Made by a program: the position numbers and the translations under genes. Below the pieces are notes generated by a model. It worked only from the letters and a program-made list of their open reading frames with translations, had not been told where the DNA came from and did no database searches. DNA of 64,000 bases from a bacterium. Its GTDB lineage: Bacteria > Patescibacteriota > Minisyncoccia > Phycocordibacterales > UBA2100. The stretch covers positions 11,013 through 75,012 of the forward strand of contig JAUSJH010000003.1 of assembly GCA_030647655.1 (NCBI GenBank), in the 5' to 3' direction. Positions 28,268 to 37,500 of this stretch are shown here, one piece after another (the first letter of the stretch is position 1; each line of letters starts with the position of its first letter).

Positions 28268-30199
28268 TTATACGCTGACGATAACTGGAATCACAATCGG
28301 CCTCTTCATTGTCCTCTGGAGCAAGAAACGGGCGACGGAATCGGCGAGGTCTTCACGTGCGGCGTCGAGGTCAGCCGCGCGCGGGTTACGGAGCGAGGTT
28401 TCAACTGATTTGCGGATGATGAGGCGCGTCTGGTCCATCAATTCTTTGTTGTCGCGCAGGTAGACGAATCCGCGCGAAATGATGTCGGGGGATTTGTGAA
28501 GTTTACCAGTGCGGCGGTCTATCGTCGCGACGACGACGCAGAATCCCTCCTGCCCGAGTGCCTTGCGGTCGCGCATCAACACATCAGAAAGCTCCGACAC
28601 GGTCTGGCCTTCGACGACACGCAACTCTGCCGGCGCTTTCATAACATGCTTCGAGATCTTTTCGCCGTTCTTGATATCGATGATAGAGCTGTTGTCGGGG
28701 ATGATGACGTTGTCCGGCTTGACCCCCATTTCAACGGCGAGGTCGGCATGTACGCGGAGCATGTAGTGATAGCCGTGTACGGGGACGAAAAATTTCGGCT
28801 TGATCTGCTTGTGTATCCATGCGGCTTCTTCGCGGTTGCCATGGCCCGAAGCGTGCACGTCAGAAGCGTGGTAGGTGATGATGTGGGCGCCTTGACGCGA
28901 GAGGTTGTCTTTGAGCTTTTGCACAGCACGCTCGTTACCCGGAATTACGGACGAAGAAAGCACGATGGTATCGGTCGGCTGGAGGCGGATGTATTTATGC
29001 GATTTATTGCCGATGCGCGCGAGCGAGGCGAATTCATCGCCCTGTGCGCCGGTTGCTAGGATTATCATTCTCTCCGGCGGATATTGTCCCATATTCTCGA
29101 CGGCGATGACGGTGTCGTCTTTGTATTTGATGAGGCCGAGCTCGCGCGCAATCTCAATGTTGGTACGCATACTTCTCCCGTCGATAACGATTTTTTTGCC
29201 GTATTGCTCGGCGAAATGAACGACGCGGATGAGACGCTCCAAGTGGGACGCGAACATCGCGATAACGAGCCTGCCCTTCGAATCTTTGATGATGGCATCG
29301 AGCGTGCGATACACAGTGGATTCCGGAATGGAGAAACCCGGTTGCCAGACGTTCGTGCTGTCCATGAGGAGTGCCAAGACTTTGCGGTCTTTAAAGACAC
29401 CGAACTCCCGCTTCTCCTCGTCCGATGGCTCACCGTCAAGATGATTTAACTTGATATCGCCCGTGAAAACTACATCGCCCCACGGCGTCTCAATAATGAT
29501 GCCCATCGAATCCGGTACGGTGTGCGTAACGCCGAAAAAGCGAATGGTTGCATTTCCAAGCTTTATCACCTCATCTTTCTCGACCTCGCGGATTACGACC
29601 GGCTGGGCCGAAGCGAATTCCTCCTGCCGTTTCTGAATCATTTTGCCAGTGAGTTTGCGCGTATAGATAGTGGGGTTCCCGATGCGATCGATGATGTAGG
29701 GAATACCGCCGATGTGATCGAGGTGGCCGTGCGAGATGATGATTCCACGGATCTTATCGCGGCGCTCTTCGAGGTAGCCGGTGTTGGGCAGAATATAATC
29801 GATGCCCGGCGTGTCTTCCTCGGAGAATGCGAAACCGCAATCGAGGATAAAAATGTCGCCGCGGAATTCGACGGCGGTCATGTTGCGTCCTATCTCTTCG
29901 ACACCGCCAAGGGGAATGATGCGGACCGTATCGTCGGCTGGCGGCGGGATCGTCGCGACGCTTTGTTTGCGGGCTGAAGGCGCTTGATGCTCGACGCGGG
30001 ATTTTCCGCGGCGCGGTGGATGATTCGGACGGCCGCCGCGGCTCGAAAAGTGCCGTACCCTGCCGGAGCCTCCGCGACCCTGCCCGGGCCTTGAGGCTGG
30101 GCGAGGAGATCGGGAAGGACGACCTCCCGAGCGCGCTGAATGATGAGATCCTGACGAGGAGCCGGAACCTCCGGCCTGATGAGATGGTTGTGGTTCCAT
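28268..30199 (-). CDS. rnj: Ribonuclease J (metallo-beta-lactamase / beta-CASP) with about 95-aa Arg/Gly/Ser-rich N-terminal extension.
   Basis: HGHLDHIGG zinc motif, beta-CASP region and RNase J C-terminal domain. ATG start verified. N-terminal low-complexity SGSSSGSHHSARSGGRPSRSPRPASRPGQGRGGSGR... Confidence 0.85.
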   Translation of the reverse strand: MEPQPSHQAGGSGSSSGSHHSARSGGRPSRSPRPASRPGQGRGGSGRVRHFSSRGGRPNHPPRRGKSRVEHQAPSARKQSVATIPPPADDTVRIIPLGGVEEIGRNMTAVEFRGDIFILDCGFAFSEEDTPGIDYILPNTGYLEERRDKIRGIIISHGHLDHIGGIPYIIDRIGNPTIYTRKLTGKMIQKRQEEFASAQPVVIREVEKDEVIKLGNATIRFFGVTHTVPDSMGIIIETPWGDVVFTGDIKLNHLDGEPSDEEKREFGVFKDRKVLALLMDSTNVWQPGFSIPESTVYRTLDAIIKDSKGRLVIAMFASHLERLIRVVHFAEQYGKKIVIDGRSMRTNIEIARELGLIKYKDDTVIAVENMGQYPPERMIILATGAQGDEFASLARIGNKSHKYIRLQPTDTIVLSSSVIPGNERAVQKLKDNLSRQGAHIITYHASDVHASGHGNREEAAWIHKQIKPKFFVPVHGYHYMLRVHADLAVEMGVKPDNVIIPDNSSIIDIKNGEKISKHVMKAPAELRVVEGQTVSELSDVLMRDRKALGQEGFCVVVATIDRRTGKLHKSPDIISRGFVYLRDNKELMDQTRLIIRKSVETSLRNPRAADLDAAREDLADSVARFLLQRTMKRPIVIPVIVSV

Positions 30200-30228
30200 G
30201 GTTAGTATAGTGAGTGCGGCAAAAGCTA

Positions 30229-32013
30229 TTAATTAATTTTGTCTGTAAATATGCTCCACACACTATCAGTGTCCGTATACCAATCGTATACATTTAGGTA
30301 GCGTTCCGAAGGTGTTGCGAGCGCACCGAGCTTCACTCCTGCAAGCTTTGTAGGGACAACATAAATGAGTTCCGGTGAATAGAGGAAGACGGCGGGATCG
30401 TCTTTTGCGATCGCGGAAACGAATTGCGCATAAAGCTTCTCACGCGCTTGCTTGTCTGTGGTCGCACGCGCCTGCGACAAGAGCGTGTCGACTTTTGAGT
30501 TGGCGTAGAGGGCTAGATTGAGGCCGGGGTCGTTGCGTTGGCTTGAGTGCCAGAAGGCAAAAAGGTCGGCAGTACGACCCACAACTTCGCCGAAGAGGAC
30601 GGCATCGTAGGCGCGCGGCCTGATGACGGTATTGTTCAGTTCGGAAAGCGCGTATACCTGTACGTTCACACGTATGCCGGCCGCGCGCCAATATTCCGCG
30701 ACCGAATTTGCGGTTAGGACGAGTTCCGGCTCGTCCGCGGTTGCGAGAGAAATAGAAAATTCTAGTTTATTTTTCTTCCAAGCACCGGTTTTTTCATCGA
30801 ACTTCCAACCGCCGCGTGAGAGGATTGCTCGGGCGGCGTCGGCATAGGTGCTTGTTGACGCATTTTGCATTGAAGTGGTATGAATGAAAGGTGTTGGCTC
30901 CGCAGGCAAATTTTCGCCCAATACTCCAGAGGGAATCGGTCCCTCGAGTAGCTCTCCGTATCCCTGCAAGACCGTCCTGACGATCGTCCGTTTGTCTACG
31001 GCAGCGTCAAGTGCGGCACGCGCGGAAGCGTCTGCCAAAACCGGCGCATGGCTCTGGTTGAAAAAGACACCAAAAACTCGCGGCAAGCCAACGCGAACAA
31101 TGTTGAAATCTTTACGATTCAGAGCTTCGAGATCTCCGGCGGTCACCCCTGATACTGTGTCAATCTTGCGTGCGTCGAAGGCTTTGAGCATTTCTTCCTG
31201 ATTGGGATAAAAAATGAATGTAATGTTCTGGAGGTATGGTTTACCGAGCGCATATTTCACAAAGGGCACCAGTTCATAGCGCGTCGCAGAGCCCGTGTTG
31301 TCAGTATCAACAGAGGAAACTCGATAGGGGCCACTCCCGATCGGGTGTGTGTTTGCAGGGCTAAATGGGAACTCTTTAGAGGAGACGTTTCCCCAGACGT
31401 GCTTCGGTAATATGCCGAGCGTTGTATTCTCGATAAAAGGTGCGTAGGAATGAGGGAGTTTGAACACAATGGTGTGTGCATCCGGTGCCGATGCTTGCAC
31501 TCCTTCCCAGTCAGAGCGACGCACGCTTTTTATGTCGGGATTTTGTGCCGCATGCACGGTGAAGAGAATGTCGTCCGCGGTGACCGGCTTTCCATCGTGG
31601 AACGTTGCGTCGGAACGCAGTGCGAACGTATACGTCGTACCGTCTTCTGAAATATCAAAGTGGCTCGCGAGGTCGGGGATTATTGTACCGTCGGGCAAGA
31701 CGCGCATCAAACCCGAATACACAAGCGCCGCGATGTCCTCATCCGGTTGAGAGAGTGTGAGTATGGGATTGATGAACCGCGCCGACCCTATCTCGCCCTC
31801 CGTCAAACTACCGCCTGCAGCAGGAATAGTCACTGAGACCGCGGAATTTACTCCCGCAAGAAGTGCCAAGACGGAAGCCCCGAGGAGTATGGTAAGTGCG
31901 TAGAGCACAAGCCGCTCGCCCGGAGTGAGTGCGCGAAGCACGTCGTCTAGGAACGAGAGGCGTGAGACTACGCGAAGCTTTGTCAGTTTTTCTGAATAAG
32001 AATTGAAGTCCAT
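30229..32013 (-). CDS. ABC transporter substrate-binding protein, family 5 (oligopeptide/nickel-type).
   Basis: N-terminal TM/signal. Overall SBP_bac_5-like length and conserved blocks (e.g. DATFHDGKPVTADD). Start placed at internal ATG (MDFNSYS). Confidence 0.65.
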   Translation of the reverse strand: MDFNSYSEKLTKLRVVSRLSFLDDVLRALTPGERLVLYALTILLGASVLALLAGVNSAVSVTIPAAGGSLTEGEIGSARFINPILTLSQPDEDIAALVYSGLMRVLPDGTIIPDLASHFDISEDGTTYTFALRSDATFHDGKPVTADDILFTVHAAQNPDIKSVRRSDWEGVQASAPDAHTIVFKLPHSYAPFIENTTLGILPKHVWGNVSSKEFPFSPANTHPIGSGPYRVSSVDTDNTGSATRYELVPFVKYALGKPYLQNITFIFYPNQEEMLKAFDARKIDTVSGVTAGDLEALNRKDFNIVRVGLPRVFGVFFNQSHAPVLADASARAALDAAVDKRTIVRTVLQGYGELLEGPIPSGVLGENLPAEPTPFIHTTSMQNASTSTYADAARAILSRGGWKFDEKTGAWKKNKLEFSISLATADEPELVLTANSVAEYWRAAGIRVNVQVYALSELNNTVIRPRAYDAVLFGEVVGRTADLFAFWHSSQRNDPGLNLALYANSKVDTLLSQARATTDKQAREKLYAQFVSAIAKDDPAVFLYSPELIYVVPTKLAGVKLGALATPSERYLNVYDWYTDTDSVWSIFTDKIN

Positions 32014-32063
32014 AGCGCGTGTTACGCGCCCTGTCAGCCCGCGGAAGCGAACTGGCAATGCGT

Positions 32064-32297
32064 TTAACTAATAAGAAGATTAACCAATGCCGACAGTGCA
32101 AACAGTATACCAAGTGCGATGGTCGCGTGGAAGAGGGTCTTCTCCAGCCCGCGACGAGTGTGAAAACCAGAGCTAAAGTTGTCTGCCCCGAATGCGCCAC
32201 CCAAGCTAGCTCCCGTGCGCTGCAAAAGGATGCACACTATCAAAAGGGCCGAAAGGCCTATCTGGACGAAGGGCAGCATTTGCTGCAAGAGAACCAT
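32064..32297 (-). CDS. secG: Preprotein translocase subunit SecG.
   Basis: 78-aa two-TM protein with the SecG-like LLQ..GASLGGAFGADNFS..F..RG.EK.L motif. Confidence 0.65.
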   Translation of the reverse strand: MVLLQQMLPFVQIGLSALLIVCILLQRTGASLGGAFGADNFSSGFHTRRGLEKTLFHATIALGILFALSALVNLLIS

Positions 32298-32456
32298 TCG
32301 CACAAGCCTAACACAGGGGGAAAATCTTGCAATGGAGAATACTATACGAGCAAAATATTGTCAAGCCCAGAACATAATCCCGACCCATAGATAAAAACTT
32401 GTATTAACCGCCTCTCTGCGCTATAGTTGCGAACCAAAATTACTTGTATTATAAAA

Positions 32457-32780
32457 ATGAATATGAAAAAAGAATCGAAAGAGTCCAAGGTAAAGATACA
32501 ACTTCTCGGGGACAGGGTTCTTGTGAGACCGGAGGAGCAAATGAAGAAAACTGCGTCCGGTATTTTAATCCCCGATACTGCAAAACAGGAAAAGGCGACA
32601 CGCGGCACGGTACTTTCTGTGGGTCCCGGACGTATGAATGATGATGGGAAAGTCCTGCCGATGTCGCTTAAAGTCGGACAAAAAGTGTACTTCAATCCCG
32701 GATGGGAGAGCGAGATAGAGGTAGACAACGAGAAGCTCCACCTTATCCACGAGAGCGATGTAAAAGCTATCATCAAGTAA
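32457..32780 (+). CDS. groES: Co-chaperonin GroES.
   Basis: IQLLGDRVLVRP...GILIPDTAKEK...GTVLSVGPG motifs. Confidence 0.9.
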   Translation: MNMKKESKESKVKIQLLGDRVLVRPEEQMKKTASGILIPDTAKQEKATRGTVLSVGPGRMNDDGKVLPMSLKVGQKVYFNPGWESEIEVDNEKLHLIHESDVKAIIK

Positions 32781-32787
32781 TATTTAT

Positions 32788-34446
32788 ATGGCAAAACAAG
32801 TAATTTTTGATGAACAGGTGCGCTCCGCACTCAAGCGCGGTGTTGATATCGTGGCGAGTGCGGTCAAAGTGACACTCGGCCCCAAGGGTCGCAACGTTGC
32901 ACTCTCCAAATCGTGGGGAGGACCGACCATCACCAACGACGGCGTCTCGATAGCAAAAGAGATAACACTCGCCGATAAGTTCGAGGATATGGGCGCGTCC
33001 ATCGTGAAAGAGGTAGCGACAAAGACTGAAGATAAGGCGGGTGACGGCACCACAACCGCGGTAGTACTCACACAAGCCATCGTACACGAGGGCCTGAAGC
33101 GTACGGCGCTTGGGGCTAACGCCATGATGGTACGACGCGGCATAGAAGCCGCTGTGAAAGATGCCGTTGCGGCGTTGAAGAGTGAGGCACAGGAAGTAAA
33201 AACTAAAGCCGAGAAACGACAAGTGGCGACCATTGCCGCAGAGTCGAAAGAGATCGGCGAGAAAATCGCGGAGGTCGTCGAAAAGGTGGGAAAGGACGGT
33301 GTCGTGACCGTTGAGGAGTCGCAGACTACCGAAATCGAATCGGAGTACGTCGAGGGAATGGAGTTCGACAAAGGCTATGTCTCTGCCTATATGATAACGA
33401 ACGCGGAACGCATGGAAGCTGTGGCAAAAGATGTTCTCGTGCTTATCACTGATCAAAAGATCTCGGTCATTAAAGATATTCTGCCGCTCTTGGAGAAGGT
33501 GGCGCAATCCGGCAAGAAAGAGCTTGTCATAATTGCAGAGGACGTGGATGGAGAGGCGCTCGCGACATTCGTCGTTAATAAATTGCGCGGTGCATTTAAT
33601 GTGCTTGCAGTGAAAGCGCCGGGCTACGGTGATCGCAAGAAGGAAATGCTCGCAGATATCGCCATCACGGTCGGCGGTCAGGTCATCTCGGAAGACCTCG
33701 GCATCAAATTGGAAAATGCAGAATTAAATATGCTTGGGAAAGCGAATCGTATCGTTGCTACAAAAGACTCGACCACCATCGTCGGGGGTAAGGGAAAGAA
33801 AAGTGATATTGAGGAGAGGGTCGCTGAGCTTAGAGAGCAAGTACAAAAGAGCGATTCGAAATTCGACAAAGAAAAACTGGAAGAACGCATCGCGAAACTT
33901 TCCGGCGGGGTGGCAGTCATCCGTGTAGGCGCTGCGACCGAAACCGAAATGAAATATCTCAAAGATAAAATTGAAGATGCGGTCAAGGCGACCAAGGCGG
34001 CGATTGCGGAGGGTATCGTCCCCGGCGGGGGCGCCGCGCTCGCAAAAGTTGCCGCGAAACTCGCGAAAAAGATCGACCCGAAAGCGCACGATGAGCACAC
34101 GATTGGATACCGTATTCTTCTCAGTGCGCTTTCTGCGCCTCTCCTGCAGATCGTTAAGAATGCGGGGCGTGAAGATGGTGCTGTCATCCTTCAGGCGGTG
34201 ATAAAAAAAGGCGGGAGTTTTGGGTTCGACGCGTCGGCAGAATCAGAGGAGACCGCAATCGTCGATATGTATGAAGCGGGCATCATCGACCCGGTCAAGG
34301 TGACGCGTCTGTGCGTTGAAAATGCAGCCTCCGCTGCGGCGGTTCTCCTCACGACGGAAGCGGCCGTGGCCGATATTCCGGAAGACAAGAAGGCAGCGCC
34401 CTCGGGCGCCGGAGGCATGGGAGGGGGAATGGGTGAAGACTACTAA
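32788..34446 (+). CDS. groEL: Chaperonin GroEL.
   Basis: Full-length Cpn60 with GDGTTTA, ITKDGVS-type blocks and a C-terminal GGMGGGM repeat tail. Confidence 0.97.
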   Translation: MAKQVIFDEQVRSALKRGVDIVASAVKVTLGPKGRNVALSKSWGGPTITNDGVSIAKEITLADKFEDMGASIVKEVATKTEDKAGDGTTTAVVLTQAIVHEGLKRTALGANAMMVRRGIEAAVKDAVAALKSEAQEVKTKAEKRQVATIAAESKEIGEKIAEVVEKVGKDGVVTVEESQTTEIESEYVEGMEFDKGYVSAYMITNAERMEAVAKDVLVLITDQKISVIKDILPLLEKVAQSGKKELVIIAEDVDGEALATFVVNKLRGAFNVLAVKAPGYGDRKKEMLADIAITVGGQVISEDLGIKLENAELNMLGKANRIVATKDSTTIVGGKGKKSDIEERVAELREQVQKSDSKFDKEKLEERIAKLSGGVAVIRVGAATETEMKYLKDKIEDAVKATKAAIAEGIVPGGGAALAKVAAKLAKKIDPKAHDEHTIGYRILLSALSAPLLQIVKNAGREDGAVILQAVIKKGGSFGFDASAESEETAIVDMYEAGIIDPVKVTRLCVENAASAAAVLLTTEAAVADIPEDKKAAPSGAGGMGGGMGEDY

Positions 34447-34467
34447 GACACAAAAGATATTCCACAA

Positions 34468-34500
34468 GCGCGGCACCAATATTGGCGCCGCGCTGGTATT
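34468..34500 (+). terminator. Near-perfect 26-nt palindrome (GCGCGGCACCAATATTGGCGCCGCGC) after groEL; probable terminator.
   Basis: Long GC-rich hairpin followed by a T-rich tail. Lies between the groEL stop and the ATG of the giant gene. Confidence 0.45.
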
Positions 34501-34508
34501 ATAGAAGC

Positions 34509-37500
34509 ATGTACTGGCCTCGCGTTGCGGGAGTTTTCGGGGCATCCCTGTTATTTTTTATGTTGGCGAGTGCACCATTTGTGTATGCGAAGGATAGAGC
34601 CGCTGATGCGATGTGCCTTCCTCCCGACGACACTCACGGATACAAAAAGGGTTTGGAATATGATGCTCTGTACAAAGACGGTGATAAGGAAAAGCGGAAT
34701 TTATACAACAAGAAATGCTTCGATGATTTCGTAACAGGAATATGTGACCGTGAGGATTATTGCGAGGGAAAGCAATGTTTCAGTGATGGAAAGTGGGGTA
34801 ATTGTGAGCTCTATCACCAGAAGACCACGAACGGCCAGATTCAGAACTGCTACGTCGGAGTTCTTGACTGCTCAAAACCATATACTCCCGGACAGGGCAC
34901 GGGGGTTGCACCTCCGCCATCGGAAAATCCTTCGCTTCCGCCACTCACACACGACGGTAAATCCATTCTGCAGACACTGCAAGATAATGAGCAACCGTCG
35001 GGTCCACTGCCCCAATCTGCGAACAACGTGCAGCAATTAATCGAGCAGGCTGCGCAAAATCCGGACACGCCATGGTCGCTTGAAGGTATTAAGAACGTAC
35101 TAAACGATGTACGAAGTTTCCTTTCTCCGGAATCAGCCACTTTTCTCACGCCGACACCACAAGAATCGGGAGCGGTAAATGAACAGTCTCAACGGACGGA
35201 TGAAATTACAGGATTGCCTGTCACTGATACATTCGGACAACCGCAAACGCAAACAGAGCAAAAGACCTCTTTTTTGGATACGTTGGGTGAAGCATGGAAA
35301 GAGGTGAAAAGTGCCGTGAGTGACGCTGGTACGTGGATTGCCGATCTCGTCACTCCAAATCCGGAAGAGACACCAACCAATCCAGCTAATGGTTTTGCCG
35401 AGAATAATGCAGCATTGACCGACCCTGATGTTAAGTCAGATGTTCCTCCCACCATTCCGCCGGACCAAATAGCTTCTCGAGAACCCAGTGTCTCTGAAAC
35501 TCCAAAAGAATCAGTAGATAGAGCTCAAGGAATAGCGAGCGTTCAGCCTACTGCGAAAGAATCATCGCCGACGTCACCGAACGTAGGGCCCACAGCAAGT
35601 CCGGACATAGTCAAAAAAGCCGCACAAGCACTCTCTGATGCAACAGAAGCGTTCGGTGCCGCCCGCGGCTATTCGAAGGAAGGAATGGAGAATGTAAAGG
35701 GCGGTCTCGGCGCGCTCGCCCAGATGGAATCGAGGTTCGATCCAAGTATCGGTTGTAACGAACCCGGCTACTGCGGCTTCGGACAGCTCTCTGAAGGGAA
35801 GAGCAGTTCGCACGAAAATGAAACTGCGCTTGCACGTAACACACTTGGCGCTCTTTCCCAATCGCCAAACTTGAGCCCCGAGCAACAAGCACAGGTGTCA
35901 CAAATAGTCGACCGAATAGACTCGATGCAAGCACAGGGAAAAAGTCCGAATGCAGATCCGGAAACAGGCGCATGGCTCCTTGCGGCTCGGCAGGCGCAAA
36001 TGACGGATATCGGTAAGAATGTCTCGCCGATGGATGCGGCGGCAAAATACGCGCAAACACCCACGGACGCTGCTGGGATTATGTTCGGCGCGCAGCTCGC
36101 CCCGTCGATGTATGGAAAAGGATTCAACCCGGACGCACCGCTTTCTTCGGGTGCTATCAATGCGTTCAACAGCAATAAGGTCTCTGTCCAGTCGGGAAGC
36201 ACGATGTCAGATGCAATAGCGGCCATGCAGGAGCAGCCGATATACAGGCAACGCTTCGCGGAGGGCATCGGTATTATAGGCGGGGGAACATATAGCAGTC
36301 CAGACCCATTAATCTCAGCAAAGCCACCTGGGTCATACTTTGATACAGCACTTCAGAACGGCGGTCTTTATCAGGAGCCGACTTTCCAGCAATCCGTGTA
36401 CGACATGTATGGCGAGAGTACCGACAATCAAAATGTTGCCGAGGCAGGTTTCCAGAACTACAACACCGAGCAAGCCGACACCGTTCTCAAGTTTGCCGCA
36501 GGATGGGAAGGCACGTTCGCAGGTAGTGCGCAAGAAAATGCAAACATAGCCGCTCAACAAGCCTTCAACACCATCGCCCACCCAGAAGACTGGCCGCAAC
36601 TTCCCGCGCCAACCTACGATCTCGACGCCGCCAACGCCGCAGAAGCTGTGCGTCTCGCAGAAAGTGGAGCTTTCGATTCCGGAGTCTCTCTCACGCAAGA
36701 GCAGGTCCAAGCCGCATACGATGCCGCCAACAACGAAGCTAACAAACCCGAGAGTTGGTTTAAGTCAAAAGTCGTCAATCCGCTTTACGACAATGTCATT
36801 GATCCACTTAGAAATTCTCTCGGCCTGAATTCGCCGCAACCGAATCCAGTCGTGCTTCCAGATTCGCGCTCGTTGTCAGACCGAGTAATCGAAAGCATTC
36901 CTTCGCCGCTTAAACCGAGCCCGACCATTGCAGTGCAAACGGAAAGCCTACCTCCGCCTATGGATTATCCAGCTTCGCAATTAACAGGCACATACTACGG
37001 ACCTAACGGTGAGATTATCAAAGCGGATGTAGCGGGAGTTGAAATTACGCAACCAAGGGGTGAGATAAGCGCGTTCATTCCATCGGACAAGCTTGGGAAC
37101 ATGACTGTTGGCGACGTGATAGCGCAAGCCAAGGAACGCCCGCGCACAGAAACAGCCCAGGAAATGGAGCCGTATGGCCCACCGGTTCCGAACCGTACTA
37201 CCCCGACGCCGGTGGAACTCGAAGCGGCAACCAAGATTTTAGACGACAAACTTTCGAGCGCCCGCACCGCTGTCGAGGTGGCGAAAGCTGTAGCCGAAGC
37301 CGCACCAACAGATTTCACCAAAGATTCAGTACGATTATTAGAACAGCGACTTGCGCAAATAGAGGAATACGGTCGACAATACCGGGAGTATATGGTTGCA
37401 GGTGGCCTACCGCCGGAATGGCTCTCGAATGCCGTTGATACGGCAAGAAAGGGTGAGGGATACATATCGCAGGGCTTATCGGCATTTTCGGACGCGGCAC

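Noticed and set aside
32395-32456. Possible sigma70-like promoter (TTGCGA-N17-TATAAA) and direct repeat ACTTGTATTA x2 upstream of groES; CIRCE element looked for.
   Set aside because: No CIRCE-like inverted repeat (TTAGCACTC-N9-GAGTGCTAA) is present. The -10 element would abut the start codon, so the assignment is too uncertain to list as a feature.
32773-34187. Multiple antisense ORFs inside groEL (e.g. 32773-33507, 33678-34187) and many other same-locus overlapping ORFs throughout the track.
   Set aside because: They are embedded in high-confidence conserved genes on the opposite strand or in another frame. The high GC content produces long spurious open frames.
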